A stretch of 64,000 bases of DNA from Candidatus Babeliales bacterium (GTDB lineage Bacteria > Babelota > Babeliae > Babelales > JBFXEV01). Shown piece after piece: positions 8,795-18,162 of this stretch. The notes under the pieces are model-generated. The model searched no databases. It saw nothing but the letters and a program-made list of their open reading frames with translations, and had not been told where the DNA came from. Position 1 is the first letter of the stretch, and the number at the start of each line of letters is the position of its first letter. The stretch lies in contig JBFXEV010000001.1 in NCBI GenBank assembly GCA_050179755.1, positions 1,289,994-1,353,993 on the forward strand, given 5' to 3'. Both the position numbers and the translations under genes were made by a program.

Positions 8795-10081
8795 GTGATG
8801 CATTACACACACATTAAGACCTTCATTATTATTAGTATGCTGCTACACACATGCTTGATTACCTGTATGCAGCAACAAGCGGTAACACCTGGGCAAGAAG
8901 TTGATGCACTTCTAGACGTGTATCGCAATGGCGTAAGCAGCCATTACTATCAAGTGGCCGCCCGCATCAACCAATGGCCGTTAGCTTTAACGACCGCAAT
9001 TTCGGATAAGAATATACATGCATGTTTATTCCGTTTGCCCACATCTAATCTAGAAGAATGGCGCGCCAAAAAGAACAAATCAACATTGCTGCATTTTACT
9101 GCAAGTGTTGGCTATTTTTCCTTTTGCAAGTTTCTTCTTATGACTGGCATACAATGGGATCTGAGCCTGCAAAATAAACGAGGCAAGACTCCATTTTCTT
9201 GTGCCGCCCTTAAGGGCCACATGGACATTTGCGAGTTACTTGTGCGGCATAATCCTGATAATCCTGGATTGCAAGATGATTGGCCACAGCTTGCATCTAC
9301 AATTAAAGCAATACCAGCAATTGTAAGGCATCTTAAAACCGAACAAGTTCAACGCATGCTTGCCCAATCCACATTTTTGCCAGATAATCGTGGATTACAA
9401 GAAGATTGGCAATCGCTTACATGTATAATTAAAGCAATACCAGAAATTATGGGGCATCTCAAAACCGATCAAGACCGACGCATGCTAACACAATCCACCT
9501 TGTTACCTTTTATTCCGTTGCCCGTGTTAATTTTCAAATTGCATGACTTTCTTGAAGCAATTGAACCATTATGGAACAGTTACGTGCATCGCCGGAAGGA
9601 CGTTAACGTCTTTCCTTTGCTCATGCAACACAAAGCAGGTTCTACTAAACAGATCCCCATACTTAGCTGGCAAGGGGCTGAAGAAAGCGTACAAAAGTGC
9701 AAAGATGAATTGCTTTACATTCTGCCTTTTTATCAACTCCATAAAGAGCGCAATAACGCAACTACGCCTACCGTAGATCCATTCTACAAGATGCGCCAAA
9801 CCCAACGTATATGTACACTACTTGCAATTCATAAGCTTCGCGCAGAATCACCAATTTCTTGGCTTACCAAAGATGTTATCCGGTACAAAATAGTGCCATT
9901 CCTCATTGGTAATGATGTTACTGATTGCGTTAATCAACAACTTATCTTATTGCAAGAACTTCTCTCTATTATAGAGTGCCGGAAAGACGCAACTCGGCCT
10001 CTTAATGTTGCTTTTAATCCAAAGCTGGTTGAGCAGCACCGAGAAATAATTACCAACACCACACGTAAACTCATGAACTAG
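8795..10081 (+). CDS. Secreted ankyrin-repeat protein with F-box-like motif and 42-aa internal duplication
   Basis: Signal peptide ending LITC|MQQ; GKTPFSCAALKGHMDICELL; ISWLTKDVIRYKIVPFL. Confidence 0.75.
   Translation: MMHYTHIKTFIIISMLLHTCLITCMQQQAVTPGQEVDALLDVYRNGVSSHYYQVAARINQWPLALTTAISDKNIHACLFRLPTSNLEEWRAKKNKSTLLHFTASVGYFSFCKFLLMTGIQWDLSLQNKRGKTPFSCAALKGHMDICELLVRHNPDNPGLQDDWPQLASTIKAIPAIVRHLKTEQVQRMLAQSTFLPDNRGLQEDWQSLTCIIKAIPEIMGHLKTDQDRRMLTQSTLLPFIPLPVLIFKLHDFLEAIEPLWNSYVHRRKDVNVFPLLMQHKAGSTKQIPILSWQGAEESVQKCKDELLYILPFYQLHKERNNATTPTVDPFYKMRQTQRICTLLAIHKLRAESPISWLTKDVIRYKIVPFLIGNDVTDCVNQQLILLQELLSIIECRKDATRPLNVAFNPKLVEQHREIITNTTRKLMN
9257..9508 (+). repeat. 126-bp in-frame tandem duplication (2 copies)
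   Basis: DNPGLQDDW...QSTFLP and DNRGLQEDW...QSTLLP begin at 9257 and 9383. Confidence 0.85.
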
Positions 10082-10144
10082 TAGATGTGCTTCTTAAAGG
10101 TAGTTGGCACCTCTACAGTAATGAGCTGAAGTAATATTACTAGA

Positions 10145-10918
10145 CTATTGTTTTGTAGGAGAATCAATTTGTTCTTGCACAGCAGCCTTTATCCTAGGAG
10201 AATTTTTTATCACCCTGTTAACGCTTACGGTAATAGCATCACGCAATTCAGCTTCAGGAACATTTGGCAAATAACGCTGTGCCAGCGCTAGTTTTTCGGC
10301 AACAACCTGTGGCACTAATTGAGCTGCAATAAACGCACCCACATCTTTCACAACTCCCCCTGTTCGTCTTATTTTAAATGCAATAATTCCTGGTATTACG
10401 TGTTGAATTTCGGCAGGAGAAGCTGTTGTGAGCATTGCCTTTAAGGCGGGAGCAATAATTTGTGGTTCTTCATGTTGCGAATGTTCTAAAATATTATCCA
10501 ATGGCGTTTTGCCAAAGCTATTTCTCACATTTTTATCAGCACCCAATTCTATCAATTGTACAATGGCATTAGTTGCCAATTGATTGGCAGCATGATGCAA
10601 TGGCATATCGCCTACATTATTTTTGTGATCAATCCTAAGACCAGCAGCAACAAGCAATGGTATTGCATTAAGTTGATTATAGTTATCCCGACTGATAGCA
10701 AGCCATAAGAAACTTGATCCACTCATATCCAAGGTCAAGGTTTTAGGATCAGCACCAGCATTAACCAGTTGCACCACTTCTGTCATATTCTGGGCAGCAG
10801 CGGCAGAGCGTAATTGCTGATTTAGTGTCTTTGGCTGGCCATCTTCGGCCATGGCAGTAACTGATCCAGTTTTTAGGCACATGAAGGTAATTAAGATCAA
10901 CATTATTCTTTTTTTCAT
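10145..10918 (-). CDS. Secreted ankyrin-repeat protein
   Basis: AAGGAG RBS; signal peptide ending SVTA|MAE; GDMPLHHAA and GADKNVRNSFGKTPLD. Confidence 0.8.
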   Translation of the reverse strand: MKKRIMLILITFMCLKTGSVTAMAEDGQPKTLNQQLRSAAAAQNMTEVVQLVNAGADPKTLTLDMSGSSFLWLAISRDNYNQLNAIPLLVAAGLRIDHKNNVGDMPLHHAANQLATNAIVQLIELGADKNVRNSFGKTPLDNILEHSQHEEPQIIAPALKAMLTTASPAEIQHVIPGIIAFKIRRTGGVVKDVGAFIAAQLVPQVVAEKLALAQRYLPNVPEAELRDAITVSVNRVIKNSPRIKAAVQEQIDSPTKQ

Positions 10919-12013
10919 GACAAAACGCTCCTTTAAAAAATAAATCTATTATAATTACCTATTTCCTTAATTACAACATAACATAAATTGATATTGTAAG
11001 ACAATATTTTATTTCTAATAGTACCTCGCCTCGCGCATCATAGCATTTCCTTGATCGGGCTGTTGCGTGATTTAAGGAATGCGCTTACGCATAGTGCCGC
11101 AAAAATTGCTAGTTCCAAAACAGTGGGCCGCCCTTCTTCCCTTTTAAGAGAAGAGAAAAATATATGATGAGAAAGTTTTAGGCATCTTGAAACTGGTAAA
11201 TACGTTTTTTACATACATTTACCATATTCTTAAAAATCAACACTCATTAGTGAAAAGGAAAAGAAAATAGAATCAACGAAAATTACAAAATCTAGTGCGT
11301 GCTTTGGTGCGAGCGCTTTTTTATTTTTACATGACGTGCGATTGGTTTTTATGTTTACGCGCGTTTTATTATGTGGTTTTCAAGAGAGCTATTTTTAATG
11401 TAGTGAATTTTATGCCTCTCTATTATTGAAATTAAACAATAACCTAAACCTATTTTATAAGAATTTAGCATAGTCATATATATACATATACATAGGAATA
11501 TAGAGTACGTATAACTCACTATCTATGTTTATTCTATTCTTATACATAATAGGCCGCTAGGAAGAGTAGGAAGAAGTCTTAGTAGAGAGCGATCGTAATA
11601 GTATATAGAATAATACGTATGTCTTATATATAAATAATCAACTCTATTAATAATCAGACATACAAATAATCATATATATAAACTATATATACATAATATA
11701 CATATATATATATAAATAATCCGATATATAAATAATTAGAGAGTATGTAGCTAGGGCAAGTGGCCCTTAACGGAGTCGGGCGCCATCAGCTCCATCTTGA
11801 ACCCCTTGTAAAGCTTACAAAGCTCGTGCCCCCGTGAAAAAGCTGAGGGGGACTGACGGAGTGCCGGGAGCGCGCAGTCAAGAAGGCTACCCTCCGGAAA
11901 TTCACGCGAAGGCTGGAAGTGCCGTCTCCGCTGCGGCGAATTCGGCCAAGGCTCTTCAAGGGATTCTGGTCCAAATAAATATTACACGACATTTGTGCAA
12001 CCTGCACGAACAA

Positions 12014-12042
12014 AAGCTGGCAAGCTTTCGCCTGCCAGCTTT
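12014..12042. terminator. Intrinsic terminator downstream of 12063..12416
   Basis: AAAGCTGGCA...TGCCAGCTTT inverted repeat. Confidence 0.6.
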
Positions 12043-12062
12043 CTCTACAAATATCTTAGTTA

Positions 12063-12416
12063 TTAATTACCGTAAGTCATACCGTAACCAACCACTTTGC
12101 CACTTGCATCATGATATGCAGTGCCCTGTAATTTACCTTGGAAATATTCACGCGTCATAGTAGTAGCCGTAGGATATTTCAATTTCACACGATCAATTTC
12201 CGCGCGAATCGCAGGAGTTAAATTTTCATTATGATCAACATTTACTAATGTATAAACAACTTCAGCATTATCGCCATCAGTTACTATAACGCCAAATTTT
12301 GTACTCGGTTTTACTGGTGTGCCAACGCGCGCATAATCGCCCACCATAGCACAAAGCAAGCCTGTAGACAGTAATACATAAGCAAATAAAGCTCTATTTA
12401 ATTTAGTATTCATCAT
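12063..12416 (-). CDS. Small secreted hypothetical protein; paralog of 12474..12884
   Basis: AAGGA RBS; signal peptide ending LLCA|MVG; shared C-terminal half. Confidence 0.7.
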   Translation of the reverse strand: MMNTKLNRALFAYVLLSTGLLCAMVGDYARVGTPVKPSTKFGVIVTDGDNAEVVYTLVNVDHNENLTPAIRAEIDRVKLKYPTATTMTREYFQGKLQGTAYHDASGKVVGYGMTYGN

Positions 12417-12427
12417 GATTATCCTTT

Positions 12428-12464
12428 TTTAAAGGCTTGCACCAAAAACATGCAAGCCTTTAAA
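12428..12464. terminator. Intergenic hairpin between the two paralogs
   Basis: TTTAAAGGCTTGCA...TGCAAGCCTTTAAA 14-bp stem. Confidence 0.5.
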
Positions 12465-12473
12465 CAGCAAAAA

Positions 12474-12884
12474 TTAGTTTGTGTAATATATATCTCTGCT
12501 TAAATCAAATACCGGCTTGCCAGATGTTGTGTCATAAAATACCGTCATACCTTTAACGGTGCCAACAGTTTGAACGCCCGTACCCAATAGTGCGCGTTGC
12601 GCATCTGGATTTTGTTTCTTTAATTGAAGTAACGTCTTTTTAACTGAATCAGTAATTTTAGCATTGCCTTCAATATCATTAAGATCATAAAGCGTCAATA
12701 CACCATGCTCAGTATAAATAGGGTCACCATAGCTAGAAAACGTAATTGAACCAATCTTTTTTAAGTGCGTAGTTGGCGCAAAGGTGCGTGTTTCTGCAGC
12801 CTTAATTTTTAACTCTTGGGCAACGATTGAGTTGCTTACAATCAAAGTTAACGCGGCAAGCGCAGCTGTCATAAATTTATTCAT
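12474..12884 (-). CDS. Small secreted hypothetical protein
   Basis: GAGGAG RBS; signal peptide MNKFMTAALAALTLIVSNSIVA|QE. Confidence 0.7.
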   Translation of the reverse strand: MNKFMTAALAALTLIVSNSIVAQELKIKAAETRTFAPTTHLKKIGSITFSSYGDPIYTEHGVLTLYDLNDIEGNAKITDSVKKTLLQLKKQNPDAQRALLGTGVQTVGTVKGMTVFYDTTSGKPVFDLSRDIYYTN

Positions 12885-13129
12885 GAAATACTCCTCATTT
12901 GTATGTAATTATATATAAGCCAAAATCACCCGACTTGGCCATTCCTCACTCTCATTGTAACAATTTAGTATCATAATTATCAATAATCTTTTCTGTTTTG
13001 ATTTAATAGCCGCATTCCGCGCGCATTACACGACAATTAAGCAAAACCAAAACAACCCCCCTTCTCTTTAAAAAATCTCCAAAATAACCCATCATGTATA
13101 ATGAGCTTGCCATAAGCATTTTATCAACC

Positions 13130-13156
13130 AAATCTGAGTCAGTTACTATAAGATTT
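13130..13156. promoter_or_regulatory. HAIR-like imperfect palindrome (candidate HspR operator)
   Basis: AAATCTGAGT-N7-TATAAGATTT just upstream of the dnaK -35; HAIR consensus is CTTGAGT-N7-ACTCAAG. Confidence 0.4.
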
Positions 13157-13169
13157 TTTACAGTAGTTG

Positions 13170-13198
13170 TTGACATTTCTTTACAATACAGCTATAAA
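13170..13198 (+). promoter_or_regulatory. Sigma70-type promoter of dnaK
   Basis: TTGACA-17 nt-TATAAA. Confidence 0.7.
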
Positions 13199-13299
13199 TT
13201 ATAGAGCATTGCAAGTCCCTCCACGCTTGGCTTGGCTGGATGTCCGGGATTGCTCACAAAACTAAACAAAAAACAGTATGTTTTTATCAAAGGATATGT

Positions 13300-15180
13300 A
13301 TGGGAAAAATTATAGGAATTGACTTAGGAACAACCAACTCAGCTGTCTCCTTTATGGAAGGCGGCAAGCCAAAAATCATCCCAAGCAAAGAAGGCACTAA
13401 TACTATACCATCAATAGTAGCTTTCACCAAAGATGGCCAGCGCTTAGTAGGCACCGTGGCAAAACGCCAAGCGGTCACTAACCCAGAAAATACCATCTTC
13501 TCTGCAAAGCGCTTTATTGGTCATAAATATGATGAAGTGACCAATGAAATCAAAAACATGCCATATAAGCTGACCAAGCGCCCTAATGGCGATGTGGCAA
13601 TTATTGCACAAGGTAAAGAATATACGCCGCAAGAAATCGCAGCTGCCATCTTGGGCCTTATCAAGCAAACAGCAGAAGACTACCTCGGTGAAAAAATCAC
13701 TGAAGCAGTAATCACCGTACCAGCATACTTTAATGACTCACAACGCCAAGCTACCAAAGATGCTGGCCGGATTGCAGGCCTTGACGTAAAGCGTATTATT
13801 AACGAACCTACGGCAGCAGCGCTTGCCTATGGTGCTGACAAAAAGAAAGAAGGCACTATCGCAGTGTTTGACTTTGGTGGTGGTACGTTTGACGTATCTA
13901 TCTTAGAAGTATCTGATGGCGTGGTGGAAGTGAAATCGACCAATGGCGATACGCATCTTGGGGGTGATGACATTGACCAACGCTTGATTGATTACTTGGT
14001 AGAAGAGTTCAAAAAAGAACAAGGCATTGATCTTAAAAAAGATCCTATGGCGCTCCAACGGCTTAAAGAAGCTGCTGAAAAAGCTAAAAAGGAACTTTCA
14101 ACGCTTTCTGAAACCGAAATTAACCTGCCATACATCACGGCAGACCAATCTGGCCCTAAGCACTTAAATATTAAAATAACTCGTGCAAAGCTTGAAGCAT
14201 TGTGCAGTGATTTATTTGCACGCCTTCTTGAGCCGTGCAAAAAAGCACTCAAAGATGCTGGCCTTTCAGTAGATAAAATTGATGAAGTAATCTTGGTAGG
14301 TGGTTCAACCCGTATGCCTAAAGTACAAGAACTAGTGAAACAGTTCTTTGGCAAAGAACCAAATCGTTCAGTAAACCCTGATGAAGTGGTGGCAGACGGT
14401 GCAGCAATTCAAGGCGCAGTACTTGCCGGTGACGTGACTGACGTATTATTACTTGATGTAACACCATTATCTTTAGGTATTGAAACTTTAGGTGGCGTGG
14501 TGACTAAGCTCATTGAGCGCAATACAACTATCCCTGCCAAAAAGTCACAAATATTTTCCACAGCAGAAGATAATCAAACATCTGTGGAAATCCGTGTGTT
14601 CCAAGGTGAGCGTGAATTTGCAAAAGACAATAAAATGCTTGGCCAATTTAAGCTAGACGGCATCCCTGCAGCGCCACGCGGCGTACCACAAGTAGAAGTA
14701 ACGTTTGATATTGACGCCAATGGTATCTTGCACGTTTCTGCAAAAGATAAAGCATCTGGCAAACAGCAAACTATCACTATTACTGCGGGCAGCGGTCTTT
14801 CTGAAGCTGAAATTAAGAAAATGGTTGATGATGCCAAAGCACATGAAGCTGAAGATAAAGCAGCTCGTGAAGTGGTTGAAGAACGCAATAAGCTTGACGG
14901 CATGATCCTGCATGTTGAAAAAACTGTTACTGAAAACAAAGACAAACTCCCCGCAGAAGAGGTTTCTAAAGTAGAAGCTGCACTTGAAGTGGCAAAACAA
15001 GCACTCAAAGAGCATGCTGATAATAAAGAAGCGCTCAAGAATGCGCATGATGAACTTATTAAAGCTTCTCATAAAGTTGCTGAGATTTTGTATAAGCAAG
15101 GTCAAGGCGAGCAAAGCGCAGGAGCAAGCGAAGAAGGACCAAAAGAAGGCCCTATTGACGCTGAAATAAACGAACAATAA
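13300..15180 (+). CDS. dnaK: Chaperone DnaK (Hsp70)
   Basis: [45 protein letters not shown] at 13300 after AAGGA. Confidence 0.98.
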   Translation: MGKIIGIDLGTTNSAVSFMEGGKPKIIPSKEGTNTIPSIVAFTKDGQRLVGTVAKRQAVTNPENTIFSAKRFIGHKYDEVTNEIKNMPYKLTKRPNGDVAIIAQGKEYTPQEIAAAILGLIKQTAEDYLGEKITEAVITVPAYFNDSQRQATKDAGRIAGLDVKRIINEPTAAALAYGADKKKEGTIAVFDFGGGTFDVSILEVSDGVVEVKSTNGDTHLGGDDIDQRLIDYLVEEFKKEQGIDLKKDPMALQRLKEAAEKAKKELSTLSETEINLPYITADQSGPKHLNIKITRAKLEALCSDLFARLLEPCKKALKDAGLSVDKIDEVILVGGSTRMPKVQELVKQFFGKEPNRSVNPDEVVADGAAIQGAVLAGDVTDVLLLDVTPLSLGIETLGGVVTKLIERNTTIPAKKSQIFSTAEDNQTSVEIRVFQGEREFAKDNKMLGQFKLDGIPAAPRGVPQVEVTFDIDANGILHVSAKDKASGKQQTITITAGSGLSEAEIKKMVDDAKAHEAEDKAAREVVEERNKLDGMILHVEKTVTENKDKLPAEEVSKVEAALEVAKQALKEHADNKEALKNAHDELIKASHKVAEILYKQGQGEQSAGASEEGPKEGPIDAEINEQ

Positions 15181-15196
15181 AGCTTGATTCCATAAA

Positions 15197-15226
15197 AAAG
15201 GTGGGAATCTTTCGATTCCCACCTTT
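15197..15226. terminator. Bidirectional intrinsic terminator
   Basis: AAAGGTGGGAATC-tttc-GATTCCCACCTTT between convergent genes. Confidence 0.8.
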
Positions 15227-15260
15227 ACTTCAATTACCTAGTATGAGAGGGGGTTTATTA

Positions 15261-16646
15261 TTATTTTGCTCCCTGGCTCTTGAGAAAATCTTCTAATGAC
15301 TTTTGTTTATTGTAGCGAGCTTTGAATAAGGGCGTTTCCTTATTAACATTGGGTGCATTTACCGTAGCTCCTGCCTTAAGCAATAATTCAGCAGCGCGTA
15401 AACAACCGTAATAAGCAGCCTCGTGCAATGGCATGTTGCCATATGCGTCGGGTTGATTGATTGTTTTGGTTTTTTCATTAATAAAGATAGCTACCAACTG
15501 TGTTAAATCACAATTACCTGCAGCTATGTGCAAGGGCGTTTTCTTTTCTTTAATTAACTTTTGCTCAAGTTGTGGCAATATTTCTTTTTCAATAATGGTG
15601 AATATGCCTGTTTGGTTAGCAAACTTAGTTGCATTATCATCAAGGCCAATGCGCTGCATTAATTCATTTTTCAACTGCATAAATATAGCAAGCTGTTCAG
15701 ATTTATCATATGTACGAATAAAGCCAAATATAAAGCTTGTAAGCGCTACGGCATACCAGCGCTTCAGCAGCTCTTTGTTGCCTTGAAAGAAATCTGGGTT
15801 ACCTCGTTCCATTATGCGAGGTGATAACACAAAGAGTTTAGACAAGTCCTCACTGATACTTCTTGGTTCTTCAAGACTTCTTGCAAAGCCTTCATTATCG
15901 ATCAGGGTAACTAAGCGAGATTTTGGATCATAAAAAATGTTACCTGCATGCAAATCTTTATGAATAACTGTTTTATTCAGAGCACCATATTGCTTATAGA
16001 ATCTGGCCATTGCTGCACCAAGATCATAATACGCCTGGCTTGCAAGATCCATTGCTGCTTGACTAGATTGGCTTTTAACTTGTTCCATTACCGATTGTAA
16101 TGAATTACCTTTTGCTTTTGACATGAGAACTAAGTAATGATCTCTTTTGCCATCATTGTATTTTAAATACGTTCGCGCCAGTATTAAACTTAAATTATTC
16201 TTTTTCTCTGGATGAATGTACGGCTCTAGCCTAAGTGAATTATATGCGCGCTCAAGACGCGCAATTTCTTCTTTTGGCTTCATGGTATATTTAATTTCTT
16301 TCAAAATATACTGATTGCCATTTTCACTTGTAACCATGAAAAGTTGTTCATTTGCCCAGTGGGCAGTTTTAGCTACGTCAAGCATTGAGCGAGCTTTGGC
16401 TATTTTTTTTAAGCTTTCAGGAGCTTCACCTTTTTGGGCTGCATGTTCCAAAAAAAGTTTTACAGAACGGCTGTTACCTTCTTTATCGTCAACTTTAAAA
16501 TGCCCAGTTTCTTTAGCAAACTGTATTTTGTCTGATGGCTCAATAGTATATATGGGTCGTTTTAGCGGCTTGGGGCTTTGCGGAGCCATTGCAAGCACGG
16601 ATGGAATAAATAGACCTATTAATAACAACTTGCTATATGTATTCAC
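15261..16646 (-). CDS. Secreted protein-kinase-like / ankyrin fusion protein
   Basis: GTG start at 16646 with GGAGA RBS; signal ending SVLA|MAP; YILKE, HKDLHAGNIF, LIDNE kinase-fold motifs; C-terminal TPLHIAA, MPLHEAA, TPLFKA ankyrins. Confidence 0.75.
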   Translation of the reverse strand: MNTYSKLLLIGLFIPSVLAMAPQSPKPLKRPIYTIEPSDKIQFAKETGHFKVDDKEGNSRSVKLFLEHAAQKGEAPESLKKIAKARSMLDVAKTAHWANEQLFMVTSENGNQYILKEIKYTMKPKEEIARLERAYNSLRLEPYIHPEKKNNLSLILARTYLKYNDGKRDHYLVLMSKAKGNSLQSVMEQVKSQSSQAAMDLASQAYYDLGAAMARFYKQYGALNKTVIHKDLHAGNIFYDPKSRLVTLIDNEGFARSLEEPRSISEDLSKLFVLSPRIMERGNPDFFQGNKELLKRWYAVALTSFIFGFIRTYDKSEQLAIFMQLKNELMQRIGLDDNATKFANQTGIFTIIEKEILPQLEQKLIKEKKTPLHIAAGNCDLTQLVAIFINEKTKTINQPDAYGNMPLHEAAYYGCLRAAELLLKAGATVNAPNVNKETPLFKARYNKQKSLEDFLKSQGAK

Positions 16647-16956
16647 GGAATCTCCATTTTCTGCTTCATACCAAATTCTGGTAAAAATCACTTCTACTCA
16701 TAATAAAGCATAACAATTTTAAGCAGCAAAACGCCATAGTTAACCCTATTGACGCTGAAGATTCAGAAGAATAAAAGCATTTTACGTGAAACTTGCACAA
16801 CTTAATCAGCGTTTGTTCGATCTGCAAAATGTACAAGAAGATTTGCAGAATATACACATAAGAATTCTTTCTTTATTGTACTGCCAGTAATCAATGTTAA
16901 TAATGGCACAGAAGTTTCAAAAGAGTAATTTTATGGGGACCACAGGGTCCACTTTT

Positions 16957-17853
16957 TTAAAATCGTATATAACCTTGCTTTAACTCTTCTTGATAAAAAA
17001 TCACCAAGCCAATCACCACTACAAATAGTGAAAAGAAAAAGGTAAGCGTCACCTGCTCACCCAAGAAATACCACCCAAAAATAGCCGCATACAAAGGGCA
17101 TAAAAATCCGGCAAATGACATAAAAGTTGCCGTATACGTGCGCAGGAGATAGCCATATAAATTATAATAAATTAAATTAGCTGTAATTATGACTGCTATA
17201 GTAATTTTTAAAAACTGCGCCCAGTCACTCACGGGTACCGGATTCCATGCTTCAAACACGCCCGAAGTCACTAATGCAAGCAATCCACCACCCATCATAC
17301 CAATGCCATTGATAGCAAGCGGTGAATAACCATCTTTAACTAGCATTCGCATTACAATCCAACCAACTACGGCAGCAAATACCGAACATATCATCAAAAA
17401 TTCACCCCACGATATACAGCATAAAGAATCACCGGGCGCTTGCACTAACAATTCTGGCACAAATCCTACAAATCCAATAAGTAACCCTAGCCATTTTTTA
17501 GGCGTCATATGCTCGCTAAAATAGAAATAGGAAAATAACGCAGTAATAAATGGTGATAGATTATAAATAAAAGCACCTCTAAATGAACTCATATACTGCA
17601 GCGCAAGCAAATCAAATACATACGAAAAATAAATATGCATAAGCACAATGAGTGCAAATTTGCCGTACTCTTTTTTGCGCACTGCAAGCATATATGGATT
17701 GCGCCAGTAGCAATAAGCAAGCAATACGGCTCCTGCTAGGATCATGCGAAATGCCACAAAAAAAATAGGTGCGGAATATGCAAGGACCGCTTTTGCAAGC
17801 GTAAAACTAATGGCAATAAACGCGTAAGAAAGAAGAAGGAGTAATAATTTCAT
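16957..17853 (-). CDS. DMT/EamA family transporter
   Basis: About ten TM helices; PIFFVAFRMILAG, LSPFITALFSY, FLGEQVT. Confidence 0.9.
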   Translation of the reverse strand: MKLLLLLLSYAFIAISFTLAKAVLAYSAPIFFVAFRMILAGAVLLAYCYWRNPYMLAVRKKEYGKFALIVLMHIYFSYVFDLLALQYMSSFRGAFIYNLSPFITALFSYFYFSEHMTPKKWLGLLIGFVGFVPELLVQAPGDSLCCISWGEFLMICSVFAAVVGWIVMRMLVKDGYSPLAINGIGMMGGGLLALVTSGVFEAWNPVPVSDWAQFLKITIAVIITANLIYYNLYGYLLRTYTATFMSFAGFLCPLYAAIFGWYFLGEQVTLTFFFSLFVVVIGLVIFYQEELKQGYIRF

Positions 17854-17873
17854 TTTAATAACTTTTAATTGTC

Positions 17874-18095
17874 CCGCTCAGAACCCTTCGATACATCCGT
17901 CATTTGCCTATTGCCCATAATATAATCACGGTCATGGAAACTTAAAGTACAACACATAAATGATGGACTACTCAGGGAGTGGGTTGTATAATAATACATT
18001 GAATAATTTTTTACTATAACTTTTTTCACCGCTCACCCTGAGTGATTCTACGTAGCAAAGCGAAGTAGAATTGTATCGAAGGGTCTTTGAGCGGT
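17874..18095. repeat. Inverted doublet of long-form REP-like elements (17874-17983 and 18028-18095)
   Basis: CCGCTCACCCTGAGTG-[hairpin]-GTATCGAAGGGT...GAGCGG and its reverse complement. Confidence 0.75.
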
Positions 18096-18104
18096 ATTCA
18101 AATA

Positions 18105-18141
18105 ACAGACCCGTCACTTTCCAAGAAAATGACGGGTCTGT
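18105..18141 (-). terminator. Intrinsic terminator-like hairpin
   Basis: ACAGACCCGTCA...TGACGGGTCTGT. Confidence 0.6.
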
Positions 18142-18162
18142 ATAACATTTTTACTGGATATC

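Noticed and set aside
11470..11745. oriC call
   Set aside because: No DnaA boxes (TTATCCACA) and no dnaA nearby
11750..11972. tmRNA, RNase P, SRP or tRNA identity for the GC-rich block
   Set aside because: Only short chance-like matches; the conserved termini and core motifs are absent on both strands
11786..12160. ORFs 11834..12160 (+) and 11786..12013 (-)
   Set aside because: No RBS or recognisable motif; one runs through a terminator and overlaps a real gene on the opposite strand
13287..15222. Long antisense ORFs within dnaK, and similar ones in gltX, gyrA, lepA and the porin-like genes
   Set aside because: Shadow ORFs caused by codon bias of the real genes
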